Program-made: the position numbers and the translations under genes
Notes under the pieces: generated by a model
What the model was told of the DNA's origin: nothing
What the model saw: the letters and a program-made list of their open reading frames with translations, nothing else
Databases searched by the model: none
Shown: positions 1 through 12,289 of the stretch, piece after piece
Layout of the letters: each line of letters opens with the position of its first letter
Position numbering within the stretch: the stretch's first letter is position 1
From: Octopus sinensis
Taxonomy: Eukaryota
Direction: 5' to 3'
Assembly (NCBI RefSeq): GCF_006345805.1
Contig: NW_021823853.1
Span: forward strand, 1 to 21,303
DNA length: 21,303 nucleotides

Positions 1-184
1 TTATATACACACATATGTATGTAAGTGTGTACGTATGAATGTATTAATCTGCTGAGGAATATGTGTGTATAAAACGATGTTTGGATCTATATATCAGTGA
101 TTTTTATGTATGGATGTATGTGTGCATATACATATACGCACATATGCGCGTATGTATATATGTATGTCACTTCTATTTTTTTAT

Positions 185-507
185 TATTATAAATCTTCCA
201 CTGAGGAGTGAGCTGGTTTCCAACAAAGATACAAAGATACGTCTTTGGGACGTAGTTAAATTAGACAAATTCACATTTGGAACTTAAGAAAAGTCTTGCA
301 CATTTTTACTGTTCCACTCAGAAATTGCGCTTTTAATGTACGAATCAGCCGGTCAATTTCTCTTTCTGAAAATCCCAGTTTATCCAGATTCTCCTTTAAG
401 CATTTACTAACAAAACCGCGTGCTCCAATTATTATTGGTATGAATATGGATTCATAGTCTGGCCATAGAATCTGGCGGTTTCGAAGCAGTTGTCCATAGA
501 TATCCAC
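185..507 (-). mobile_element. 3' end of an RLE-type non-LTR retrotransposon (R4/Dong-like), C-terminal remnant plus 3'UTR
   Basis: Minus ORF 271-507 reads ...IFIPIIIGARGFVSKCLKENLDKLGF...GTVKMCKTFLKFQM*. This resembles the PIxIGAxG...GTxKI C-terminus of restriction-like endonuclease LINEs. The 3' end abuts TTATTATTAT at about 180-190. It is homologous to 19100-19300. Confidence 0.7.
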
Positions 508-519
508 TTTTTCTTTTTG

Positions 520-575
520 TGTATGTATGTATGTATGTATGTATGTATGTATGTATGTATGTATGTATGTATGTA
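520..575. repeat. (GTAT)n microsatellite
   Basis: About 14 perfect units, directly visible. Confidence 0.95.
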
Positions 576-1044
576 TAAAATTATGTTACTCATCAACTTC
601 TTCAAGTATCACTTGAAAAGGAAAGTGAGAGTAGAGAGGCAAGTTTTGTCTAGCGAATGTTTCAAAAAAAGATGGGTGAATGTTGCAAGGATGGCACGTA
701 TGAATGACGAAGCTACCTTGAGCATAATCCTATGAACCCGAAAAAATTTAAAACAGAGAGTTACTTACTTGCAAATAAATGTGTTAACATGTGACATTAT
801 TGACCGAGGCTTCCGTGGTCTTTTCCGTAGGCTTTTCTTTCCACGGATAAACCTTATCTGTTTCCCCCTTTACACTTTACATCATGATATTTCTGTGATA
901 CACGATCCCTATCGATCGTTTTCTTTTCTTTTCCTTTTTACGATACCTTTTGATCGAAAACCTACCCCACTTTTTTTTCTCCCCAAAAAGAAAAGCTCAA
1001 CTTTGTAATTTGTCCCGTCTGTGTTCAGTCCTGTGTGGCTAATA

Positions 1045-1165
1045 AAGAAACATATCTTCTTTTAATTTGTTTGAATTCTTCCTGTAAAAAAGGAACTGTT
1101 TTTCTAACAAAGAAACTTGGCTCCATCACTAAAATTTGAATAAAAACGATGTGTTTGTCATCAGC
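1045..1165 (-). mobile_element. 3'UTR fragment of the same RLE-LINE family as 19100-19300
   Basis: TTTGAATTCTTCCTGTAAAAAAGGAACTGTTTTTCTAACAAAGAAAC aligns by eye with TTTGAAATTTTCCTGTAAGGAAGGAGCTTGTTTTCTAACAAAGACAC at about 19124-19170, over roughly 90 bp. Confidence 0.65.
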
Positions 1166-1471
1166 GCCGAAAAGTTCTGCTGCCAAAACAGGCTGACTGT
1201 CCAGCCAGCCGTGCCAAACCCTCTGCATCCAAACAGCAGCCCCCTAACAGCTGCGTCAAAACAGCTGCACCCAATCGTCCCATTCTGGGCCCAGGAGGAA
1301 TTTTGGCCAGCACCGTCTTAAGACGTGGACACAGTAGGAAGTTGCCCAGGGGCCTTTCTTAACCCTTAAACGGGTTGCATGAATGTGTGTGCCGAACGGA
1401 AAGAGAACAAAGATTATATGTTTCTTTAAGAGTGATTTTCATATTTACTTTCACTCTGAGTACAAAAAATA

Positions 1472-2026
1472 TTGGGCTGTCCGGAAAGTTCGTGCCGATT
1501 TATAGTAATTTACCTTTCGACTTATTTTGGAACATAGTTGAGTCCATAAAATAGGATTTGACTACACCTCCATTTAGAGCACAATTTAAGCTATCTTTAC
1601 GTGGATAAAGGTTTATGTTCCTATAACCTGTGTTAATTCTGTAACCCTTTAAAATGGAAGATAAGAAAGTTCATTTTCGGCACTTGATGCTTTGGGAATC
1701 AGTCAAAAATTGTTGCAGCTCGGCTGGGATGTGTTATCCCACCCTCCATATTCACCAGATATTGCTCCTTCGGATTTCCACTTATTCAGGTCTCTGCGGT
1801 ATAGACTTAATTGTAAAAAAAATTAATTCCTTGGATGACGTAAAAAGATACCTTGATCAATTCTTTGCCATGAAACAACCTCAATTCTGAGAAGAGGGTA
1901 TTTTCAATTTAAAGGAAAGATGGAGACGCATTGTGCAACAAAATAGTTCATATTTGGTTGATTAAAAATGTAATGGCAAGTATTTATTGACCTTTTACTT
2001 TCCTTTAAAAATTGGCACGAACAATA
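1472..2026 (+). mobile_element. Internally deleted non-autonomous mariner (Tc1/mariner, D34D type)
   Basis: TA at 1470-1471, then the left TIR TTGGGCTGTCCGGAAAGTTCGTGCCGATTT. The right TIR remnant AAATTGGCACGAAC (2009-2022) matches at 13/14. The transposase N-terminus MEDKKVHFRHLMLWE (1654-1698) is fused to a C-terminus QLGWDVLSHPPYSPDIAPSDFHLFRSL...ERWRRIVQQNSSYLVD* (stop at 1963-1965), with frameshifts and an internal TGA. Confidence 0.92.
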
Positions 2027-2099
2027 ATTGTTAGTCTCTCGCACAATAAAATTTACAATCAAATATCAAAAAGTGCCATAAACTCTTCACTTTCCATTG

Positions 2100-2480
2100 A
2101 AAATCAAATAGGCGGCTGCCACAGAAGAATATTAAGAATGACTCTGAATATTACATGGGGAGCTCGTTTAAGCAGTCATCAACTTTATCAAGATCTATAC
2201 AAAGTAATTAAAAAGATCCAGCAAAAAAAATGAGAATTGCTGTCGCTGCGTCAGACACCTAGAAGTACCTGTAAGTCAGCTGGTTTTATGGCTGTCTGTT
2301 GAGGTAAGAATTAATGGGGGAATAAAATATGTAACCTATGTGGACAATTTGCTTCAGGAGAGTGGAATGGCAAATGTTGACGAATTAAGAACATGCAAGG
2401 GGGACCGTGATGGATGGTGTGCTCGCGTTAAATCATTGAAACGTCCGGGAGGATGGACATACCAACTAACTTTGATGATG
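2100..2480 (+). mobile_element. Decayed 3' end of an RTE-clade LINE
   Basis: Frameshifted translation GGCHRRILRMTLNITW...RCVRHLEVPVSQLVLW...TYVDNLLQESGMANVDELRTCKGDRDGWCARVKSL, ending in a short (TGA)n tail. This is typical post-RT RTE sequence. Confidence 0.75.
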
Positions 2481-2497
2481 GCCCTATCCATGTAAAT

Positions 2498-2662
2498 TTT
2501 TTGTAACTAGTACTTATTCTATCGGTCTCTTTCGCCGAACCGCTAAGTTACAGGGACCTAAACACAGTAGCATCGGTTGTCAAGCGATGTTGGGGAGACA
2601 AACACAGATACACAACATACACGCACACGCACACGCACACACACACACACACATACACACAC

Positions 2663-2729
<67 letters not shown>

Positions 2730-2888
2730 CGACGGGCCTTCTTTCAGTTTCCGTCTACCAAATCCACTCACAAGGCTTTGGTCGGCCCGAGGCTATAGTA
2801 GAAGACACTTGCCCAAGGTGCCACGCAGTGGGACTGAACCCGGAACCATGTGGTTGGTAAGCAAGCTACTTACCACACAGCCACTCCT
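2498..2888 (-). mobile_element. tRNA-derived SINE family A (octopus OR-like) with internal CA/TA microsatellite, 3'-truncated
   Basis: The minus strand begins AGGAGTGGCTGTGTGG (A box)...GGTTCAGTCCC (B box), then CCTTGGGCAAGT. Near-identical to the copies at 11532, 15827 and 17432. Confidence 0.9.
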
Positions 2889-2977
2889 CAAACTTGCTTA
2901 TATGCAATCCTCAACATTACAGGAACAATTCCTTGAAGGATCAATTCGCCTGTCACCCTTGAGTCAAAGAAAGAAAC

Positions 2978-3345
<368 letters not shown>

Positions 3346-3459
3346 CATTTTATCAAGATCATTATCATTAATAATAAAAACTGTTGTTATTAGATTGGGA
3401 AGAATCGGAGTAGGAGTTCGAAAATGTGAGGGATGTGGGTTGCATTGTCTCAATAGGGT

Positions 3460-3565
3460 GAAGAAGAAGAAGAAGAAGAAGAAGAAGAAGAAGAAGAAGA
3501 AGAAGAAGAAGAAGAAGAAGAAGAAGAAGAAGAAGAAGAAGAAGAAGAAGAAGAAGAAGAAAAGA
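3460..3565. repeat. (GAA)n microsatellite
   Basis: About 34-35 uninterrupted GAA units; source of the poly-K, poly-F and poly-L ORFs. Confidence 0.97.
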
Positions 3566-4009
3566 AGGCAAAAATAAAAAGAAAAAGAATTCATAACAAA
3601 AATTTAAAATATAAATATTTAAAAAAATAATAAAAAAAGGGGCATATAATGAATTGGTTGGTTCAAACCCTCGTTTATTCTGCTGCAACATAAACGCATT
3701 TCGTGACTTGTTTCCAGGCAAAGGAGGTAACATAGAAAATTACTGGCCACTTGTGACGAACTCTCTTTCTCCATTCATATTAGCTGTGGGTTAACTTCTA
3801 TTATTTTGTTGTTTTGATTTACTACTTTCGCTTTCGTTTTTACGTTCACTTTCTGTTTTGCTTTCTCTTTTTCTCTTGTGTTTCTGTTCTGTGCTGTAAC
3901 TGTTTCGTTTCTGATCTGTATCTCTTCTTTCTTCTTTCTTCTTATTTTATTTCCATTTACTTTTCCTTTTTTTCTTTTCAGCCTTTTTTATTCGTTTATT
4001 TTTTCACAT

Positions 4010-4312
4010 ATGTATGTGTGTGGTGTGGTATATATGTATATATATAATATAGTACACATATTATATATATATTAATATATATATATATATAATATATATA
4101 TATATATACATGCATATATACAATATATACACATATATATGAATGTATATATTTCTATGTATATTTATATGTATATACGTATGTGTATGTATGATATATA
4201 TGCATATATATATATGCGTGTATGTTTACATAATATATATGTGTGTGTATATATATAATATGCGTATATGTTTTATATATATATATAATGTATATATATA
4301 TATTATGTATAT

Positions 4313-4365
<53 letters not shown>

Positions 4366-4395
4366 TAATGTATAATATATATATATATATATACA
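4010..4395. repeat. (TA)n/(TG)n low-complexity tract
   Basis: Directly visible. Confidence 0.9.
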
Positions 4396-4849
4396 CGCGT
4401 GTGGGTGTGGTATTTTATATTTTATATTTTTACAATTTTTTCTTATATATATTCTTGGTGTTGCTTTGATTTTCTTTTTGTCCGTCTTTTTCCCTTTTTT
4501 TTCGCCATCCCCCACCTCCCTACCATACTTCTTTTTCTTTACTCAAATTTCTTTACTTTTTGTTGCTTTGTTTTGCTTATTTCTTTTTTTTATAATTCTT
4601 GGTTTTCCTTTTTTTTTTCATGTAGCATCAACAAAAACACTTTGGTCTCTCAATAGTTCCACTCTCAATAAGACGACTAATGGGCTTACGGTTTTCGTCT
4701 ACGGTTGCACGAAGTGTAAAACAACAGGGGGGGAGGTTGGTGTGGAGCGGTGTAGGTGGTGGTGGGGGGGGGGGAGGGATCAGTTGAGTGAGGTGGACGG
4801 CACGTGAAGAGAATGCCGATTAAAGGTAAGGTTGGTGTGATTTGTTGAT

Positions 4850-4979
4850 GATGGCAATATTGATGATAATGATAATGATAATAATGATAATGATGATGAT
4901 GATGATGATAACAATAATAATGATAATAATAACATTAATAATGATAATAATAATAATAACAATGATAATAATAATGATA

Positions 4980-5015
<36 letters not shown>

Positions 5016-5229
5016 TAATAATAACAATAATAATAATAGTGAGGGGTGCAGGAGGAGGAGGAGGAGGAAGAGGAAAAGGAGAAAGAGAAAGAGGAAGATA
5101 AGAACGATGTTGATTATGATGATGACGACGACGACGACCATGATGATGATGATGATGTTATTGATGATGATGACGATTGTGGTGATGATGATGATGACGA
5201 CGACGACGGCGACGACGGTGATAATGATG

Positions 5230-5230
<1 letters not shown>
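4850..5230. repeat. (GAT)n/(AAT)n/(GAG)n/(GAC)n compound microsatellites
   Basis: Directly visible. Confidence 0.9.
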
Positions 5231-7730
<2,500 letters not shown>

Positions 7731-7934
7731 CCAAATTCCTGCCGGAAAGAAAACAACCAGTATAGAGGTTGTAAAGTGAACGCTTCTCTCTTTTTCCTTT
7801 AGTTCACTGTGGCATTTATTCAAAGACAAACTAGCATTCATTCTGTGTTTCTTTGGTGATTCTTGATTCTTTTATTATTGTATTCACCTTTCCTTAGAAC
7901 GCCCGCGCTAAACATCGTACACGTATTGTGGCAT

Positions 7935-8153
7935 TGTGTGTTTGTGCATGTATGCTTATAAATTTATGTGTGTATGTGTGTGTAGTATGTGCATGTGAGT
8001 GTGCGTATGTAAGTGTGTGCGTGCGTGTGTGTATGTGTGAGTGGGTGTATGTTTCGGGTGTGTGTGTAGTATATATAAATAAATATAGACCTATATACGC
8101 ATATATATATATATAAGTACATATACATATATATATATATGTATGTACATATC

Positions 8154-8192
<39 letters not shown>

Positions 8193-8259
8193 GTACATGT
8201 ATATGTATATATGTGTGCATGCATGTATATATACATATAAACACAACACAGACACACAT

Positions 8260-8323
<64 letters not shown>

Positions 8324-8500
8324 GGCGAAGGGCGCTAACGACAATTAATGGAAAGAACAAAACACAAATATGAATTAACCTATTTATTTCATCAACTGAT
8401 ATATTATCAAGGCTCAGTATGATTTCGGCACTATTTCATGTGTGTGTGTGTGTCTGTGTGTGTATGTGTGTGCGTATATGTATGTATGTATATGTGTATA
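7935..8500. repeat. (TG)n/(TA)n microsatellite cluster
   Basis: Directly visible. Confidence 0.9.
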
Positions 8501-8502
8501 TA

Positions 8503-9053
8503 CTAAATAATTCCATTAATTTTCCAACAAAACTAAGACTATACAGGACCCTGGTGACTTCGATCCTTCTGTTTGGGTGTGAGATCTGGGTTACAGTTGA
8601 CATGGAGCGAAGAATCCAGGCATTTGGGCTCGTCTGCTTCAGATGGGTAATACATTTCCCATGCACACTACACAGTTCGCAAAACGAACATCACTGTCAG
8701 GCAGCAAGTCAACATTTCCTTGGTAGACAAGAACCACTCCTTGCACAGGTATAAAAGACGAAAGCTTACCTTGTAATGTCATGCATCCTGTCACAGCTCC
8801 CTGTCCAAAACCATTCTTCGTGGTACACTTGAGGGAGGTCGAAAGAGAGGCAGACAGAGAAAAATCATGGTTTGACAACATCAAGGATTGGACAGGTCAC
8901 AACAGAGCAAGCCCGCTACGCATTACAGAGACGAGAAACCAGTGGCGACGGTTGAATACGAAAGCTTCTAAAGTGGCACTCCAAACACTGGGTGCATCAG
9001 TGAAGTGATCTTGATAATGACGATGACGATGATGATGATGATGATGATGATGA
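8503..9053 (+). mobile_element. Decayed 3' end of an RTE/BovB-like LINE with (GAT)n tail
   Basis: TKLRLYRTLVTSILLFGCEIW...ERRIQAF...SLSKTILRGTLEGGRKRGRQRKSWFDNIKDWTG...RNQWRRL, read across frames, followed by a (GAT)n tail. Confidence 0.9.
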
Positions 9054-9075
9054 TATATATATATGTATATATTTA

Positions 9076-9415
9076 TATTTAGGGCTAAAAACCACTATGT
9101 GGACAGCCATATGCTAGAAATAGATCACATACGATCAAACTACAAAGAAAGAATGTTCTCTAGAGAAAAATTCAGCGGACACCAGAACAATGGGCGGGCA
9201 AGACAGATGAAAACTATATAAAAATCAAGAATTAATCGTCTACCGGTTTCGTCTATTAACGAATAAATTACTTACGTAATCCTTCGTCCGTAGAACTCGT
9301 CAGTACGATAGTTCCAAAAGCAATATAATTTGAAAAACTAACCACCAGTTTTCTGTATAAAACCAGACACGTGCTTAGTTTTACCGATTACATTGGGGTT
9401 AATTTCAAATGTCTG

Positions 9416-9418
<3 letters not shown>
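9076..9418 (-). mobile_element. Short hammerhead-containing element A (PLE-like or retrozyme-like) between (TA)n arrays
   Basis: Bounded by TA-rich microsatellites on both sides, contains HHR1, and shares terminal motifs with element B. No ORF. Confidence 0.6.
9235..9309 (-). ncRNA. Type I hammerhead ribozyme motif HHR1 with extended stem II
   Basis: Minus strand: AUCGU-A-CUGACGA-GUUCUA-[CGGACGAAGGAUUAC GUAA GUAAUUUAUUCGUUAA]-UAGAC-GAAA-CCGG-UA|G-ACGAU. The core is intact, stem III is the palindrome ACCGGU, the cleavage triplet is GUA, and stem I is AUCGU/ACGAU with an A.G first pair. Confidence 0.85.
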
Positions 9419-9460
<42 letters not shown>

Positions 9461-9502
9461 ATATTATATATATATATATATATAATATATATATATATTA
9501 TA

Positions 9503-9952
9503 TAAAAGGGCTTAGTAAAATAAATTACTTTGCCATATACTGAACTCATTAGAAATACCAGCTAAAAAAAATTTTTTTTTAACTATTTCTAATACTTAAA
9601 GAAAATCTCTCTCATATAGTGTTTGCTCAAGTCAACTCACGAAGGTATGGGGGTAAAAGCATTAAAAAATCACAAATGCAAAGGTTATTTGAGAACGTAC
9701 GTTTCTAGATTAGTCAAATCGACATTTCTTTCGTCAGCTCAGAACTCCTTGATTCGGATTTGGGAACACTGAAAGTGGGAGCATACCCTTTTGGCTTCTT
9801 ATCACTTCTGAAGATCTGCTCGAACTATCAGTGCTAGCAAATTCAAAATATGCAAGCGAAGAATTTCTGCTCTCCCCTTTCCACCAGCGTGGGTTAAAAT
9901 TGGTAAACACTATGTTTTATCGGTAAAAACCGAAACATTAAATAGAGAGAAA
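9503..9952 (-). mobile_element. Short hammerhead-containing element B (PLE-like or retrozyme-like) between (TA)n arrays
   Basis: Flanked by (TA)n at 9419-9502 and 9953-9968. Contains HHR2 and a perfect 10-bp inverted repeat ATTAGAAATA (9548-9557) / TATTTCTAAT (9584-9593). Confidence 0.6.
9690..9741 (-). ncRNA. Type I hammerhead ribozyme motif HHR2 (imperfect stem II)
   Basis: Minus strand: UGAG-CUGACGA-AAGAAAUGUC GAUUU GACUAAUCUA-GAAA-CGUACG-UU|CUCA. Stem III is the palindrome ACGUACGU and stem I is UGAG/CUCA. Stem II has 6/10 pairs with an A.A closing pair. Confidence 0.7.
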
Positions 9953-9969
9953 TATATATATATATATAA

Positions 9970-10187
9970 TGCTCTTAGCTTAGTTTTGCCTTGGGGCTGA
10001 CCAGATTGGAGCAATCTCGAGTATAGCCAACTGAAATTGCAAAGATAATCTGGAACTCGACTGAGGATAGAAAACTCCGATTGACTCGTCCTTGTTTTCT
10101 TTGTATCGTCTGTCTGGATGTTTTGTTGTCCCTCTTTTTTGTATCACCTAACTGTCTGGATGTTTTGCGTTCTTGTCCCATTTTTGT

Positions 10188-10190
<3 letters not shown>
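9970..10190. repeat. Unclassified probable interspersed repeat with a 42-bp internal tandem duplication
   Basis: CTGTCTGGATGTTTTG occurs at 10110-10125 and 10152-10167, each preceded by TTTGTATC. The block lies between (TA)n and (TG)n arrays. Confidence 0.4.
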
Positions 10191-10248
<58 letters not shown>

Positions 10249-10269
10249 ATGAGTGTGTGTGTTTAGTAT

Positions 10270-10830
10270 CCAAGAATACTAGACATCAAATGAAAGTCTT
10301 TAATACCAGACATCGTTGTTCTTCAGCAAGCTAACTCATCCAGTATTGAAATGATCCTCATACGCAATCAGATTGGGCGTTGGGTTGGGCACCTTGCTAG
10401 GCTGCTGGATGACAGGTTGCCAAAGCAGTTGTTTTACGGAGAGTTGCAGCGTGGCAAACGTCGGAGACATAAACCTAAGAAACGTGTTAGGGATGCTGTC
10501 AAAAGCAGCGTTAAGGCTCTTAATGTGAAAGTTGAAGACTGGGAGCAGATGAGGCAAGATCGATCGGTTTGGAAACAAATGATCTACAACAAGTGCAAAG
10601 CATTTGAAGCTCGAAGAATTGAACAATTTGTCTTGAAACGAGCTCTTCGTAGACAGCATTTAACTACAATCCCAAACACTTTTCTGCTTAAAAATATTTG
10701 TAAGATCTGCAGTAGGGTTTGCTTGTCAAGAACAGGACTTGCTAGTCATATAAGTTCTCATGACAGTATTGATTAATTGAAGAGCTGGCCTTCTTCTGTA
10801 AAGAAGTGGCAATCATCACATATAAATATA
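10270..10830 (+). mobile_element. Decayed 3' end of an RTE/BovB-like LINE with C-terminal C2H2 finger
   Basis: ORF 10351-10776: RWVGHLARLLDDRLPKQLFYGELQRGKRRRHKPKKR...DWEQMRQDRSVW...CKICSRVCLSRTGLASHISSH. These are hallmark RTE C-terminal motifs. Confidence 0.92.
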
Positions 10831-10856
10831 AATAAATATAAAAATATATATGTGTG

Positions 10857-10888
<32 letters not shown>

Positions 10889-10921
10889 CGTGCCTGAGTG
10901 CGTATGCATGTAATATATGTG

Positions 10922-10961
<40 letters not shown>

Positions 10962-11222
10962 TGTGTGAATGTATGAATATGTCTGTGTGAATGTGTGTGT
11001 GTATTTGTACTTATATATTGCGTCGAGTACTTTGTTTCCGATAAGATTCGAGGTATGTCAAAATGACTACATTCTGTATGTGTTGTCTGTACATACACAT
11101 ATATATATACACACACACATGCAAACATATAACGAATATTGAGTGGAAAAACAACTTTCACATTATTGCTTATTATTTAATTGTAACCAACGTCTGTTTC
11201 AAGGAGACACAACATTTATATA

Positions 11223-11393
11223 CTGTATTTACTCGTGTATAAGTCGCACACCCAATTTAGTCACATTTCTTGATACAATTTTTTTTCCTTTCATAATTCA
11301 AGCTTGTTATCAGCTTTACCCCGTTGCAAACGTCACCCCCCCCCCAGTTTTTACAGTTAACATCAAGCATAAAATATACTCTAGAAAATATGG
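11223..11393. mobile_element. 171-bp MITE of Tc1/mariner-pogo/Tc2 type
   Basis: TA-flanked. Left TACTGTATTTACTCGTGTATA (11221-11241) versus the reverse complement of right TATACTCTAGAAAATATGGTA (11375-11395) matches at 16/21, resembling a CCGTATTT-type TIR. Confidence 0.6.
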
Positions 11394-11531
11394 TAATTAC
11401 AAATTAAAATATATAATTATTGAATTAAAAGTATTATGTGGCCCAAATCCTCAGGAGAAATATTGTAAAAAGGAAATCGTTTCTGATTATAATACAAATG
11501 AGGCTGAGTGGAGAATAAAAGAATAAATATA

Positions 11532-11759
11532 TTCTTTTTTCGTTTTTACTTGTTTCAGTCATTTGACTGCGGCCATGCTGGAGCACCGCCATTAGTCGAG
11601 CAAATCGACCGCGGGACTTATTCTTTGTAAGCCTAGTACTTATTCTATCGGTCTTTTTTGCCGAACCGCTAAGTTACAGGGACGTAAACACACCAGCATC
11701 GGTTGTCAAGCGATGTTGGGGGTGAAACACAGACACACAAACGTACACACACACGCACG

Positions 11760-11790
<31 letters not shown>

Positions 11791-12002
11791 TTATTTATTT
11801 ATATATATATTTATTTATATATATATATATACATATATACGACGGGCTTCTTTCAGTTCCCGTCGACCAAATCCACTCACAAGGCTTTGGTCGGCCCGAG
11901 GCTATAGTAGAAGACACTCGCCCAAGGTGCCACGCAGTGGTACTGAACCCGGAATCATGTGGTTCGTAAGCAAGCTACTTGCCACACAGCCACTCCTACG
12001 CC
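11532..12002 (-). mobile_element. Full-length SINE family A
   Basis: tRNA-like head GGCGTAGGAGTGGCTGTGTGG...GGTTCAGTACC, internal TA/CA microsatellite, and 3' end ...GCAGTCAAATGACTGAAACAAGTAAAAAC. Confidence 0.92.
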
Positions 12003-12080
12003 TATAAATAATAATAGGCGTAGGAGTGGCTGTGTGGTAAGTAGCTGGCTTACGTAGAACGTAGCGACGGACGAAATACC

Positions 12081-12266
12081 TATTTCTTTACTACCCACAA
12101 GGGGTTAAACACAGAGAGGACAAATAACTGGTACTTATTTAATCGAACCCGAAAGGATGAAAGCCAAAGTCGACCTCGGCGGAATTTGAACTCAGAACGT
12201 AGCGGCTGACCAAATACCGCTCAGCATTTCGTCCGGCGTGCTAACGTTTCTGCCAGCTCGCCGCCT
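12081..12266 (-). mobile_element. tRNA-derived SINE family B (octopus OK-like) with an internal deletion
   Basis: Head GGCGGCGAGCTGGCAGAAACGTTAGC...GAGTTCAAATTCCG (B box), body GTCGACTTTGGCTTTCATCCTTTCGGGTTCG, tail GTGGGTAGTAAAGAAATAGG. It lacks about 50 bp present in the 16719 copies. Confidence 0.9.
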
Positions 12267-12289
12267 TACCACCGTCCCCAAACATTATT

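Noticed and set aside
620-760. KRWVNVARMARMNDE resembling the LINE RWxGHVARM motif
   Set aside because: Too short and degenerate to call; lacks GH and flanking motifs.
1157-1163. Minus-strand CUGAUGA (also CUGANGA at about 202, 9807, 10320, 11446 and 19564)
   Set aside because: No stem II followed by GAAA and NUH in the correct geometry.
1313-1324. 12-bp palindrome CGTCTTAAGACG (also TTCTCTAGAGAA at 9156-9167)
   Set aside because: Short palindromes of this size are expected by chance in 21 kb, and no associated structure was found.
2810-2888. tRNA-like sequences with A/B boxes (also at about 11930, 12190, 16160, 17432, 18350 and 19960)
   Set aside because: They are SINE heads continuing into shared SINE bodies and do not form complete cloverleafs, so they are not tRNA genes.
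7885-7925. CpG-rich spot with possible splice sites on both strands
   Set aside because: Candidate exons have weak donors or in-frame stops and no recognisable peptide.
9916-9943. Hairpin ATGTTT..TCGGT AAAA ACCGA AACAT containing CGAAAC
   Set aside because: No CUGANGA upstream; an ordinary stem-loop.
10061-10075. CUGAGGA-UA-GAAA
   Set aside because: Only 2 nt lie between the core halves, so stem II cannot form, and there is no supporting stem III or stem I.
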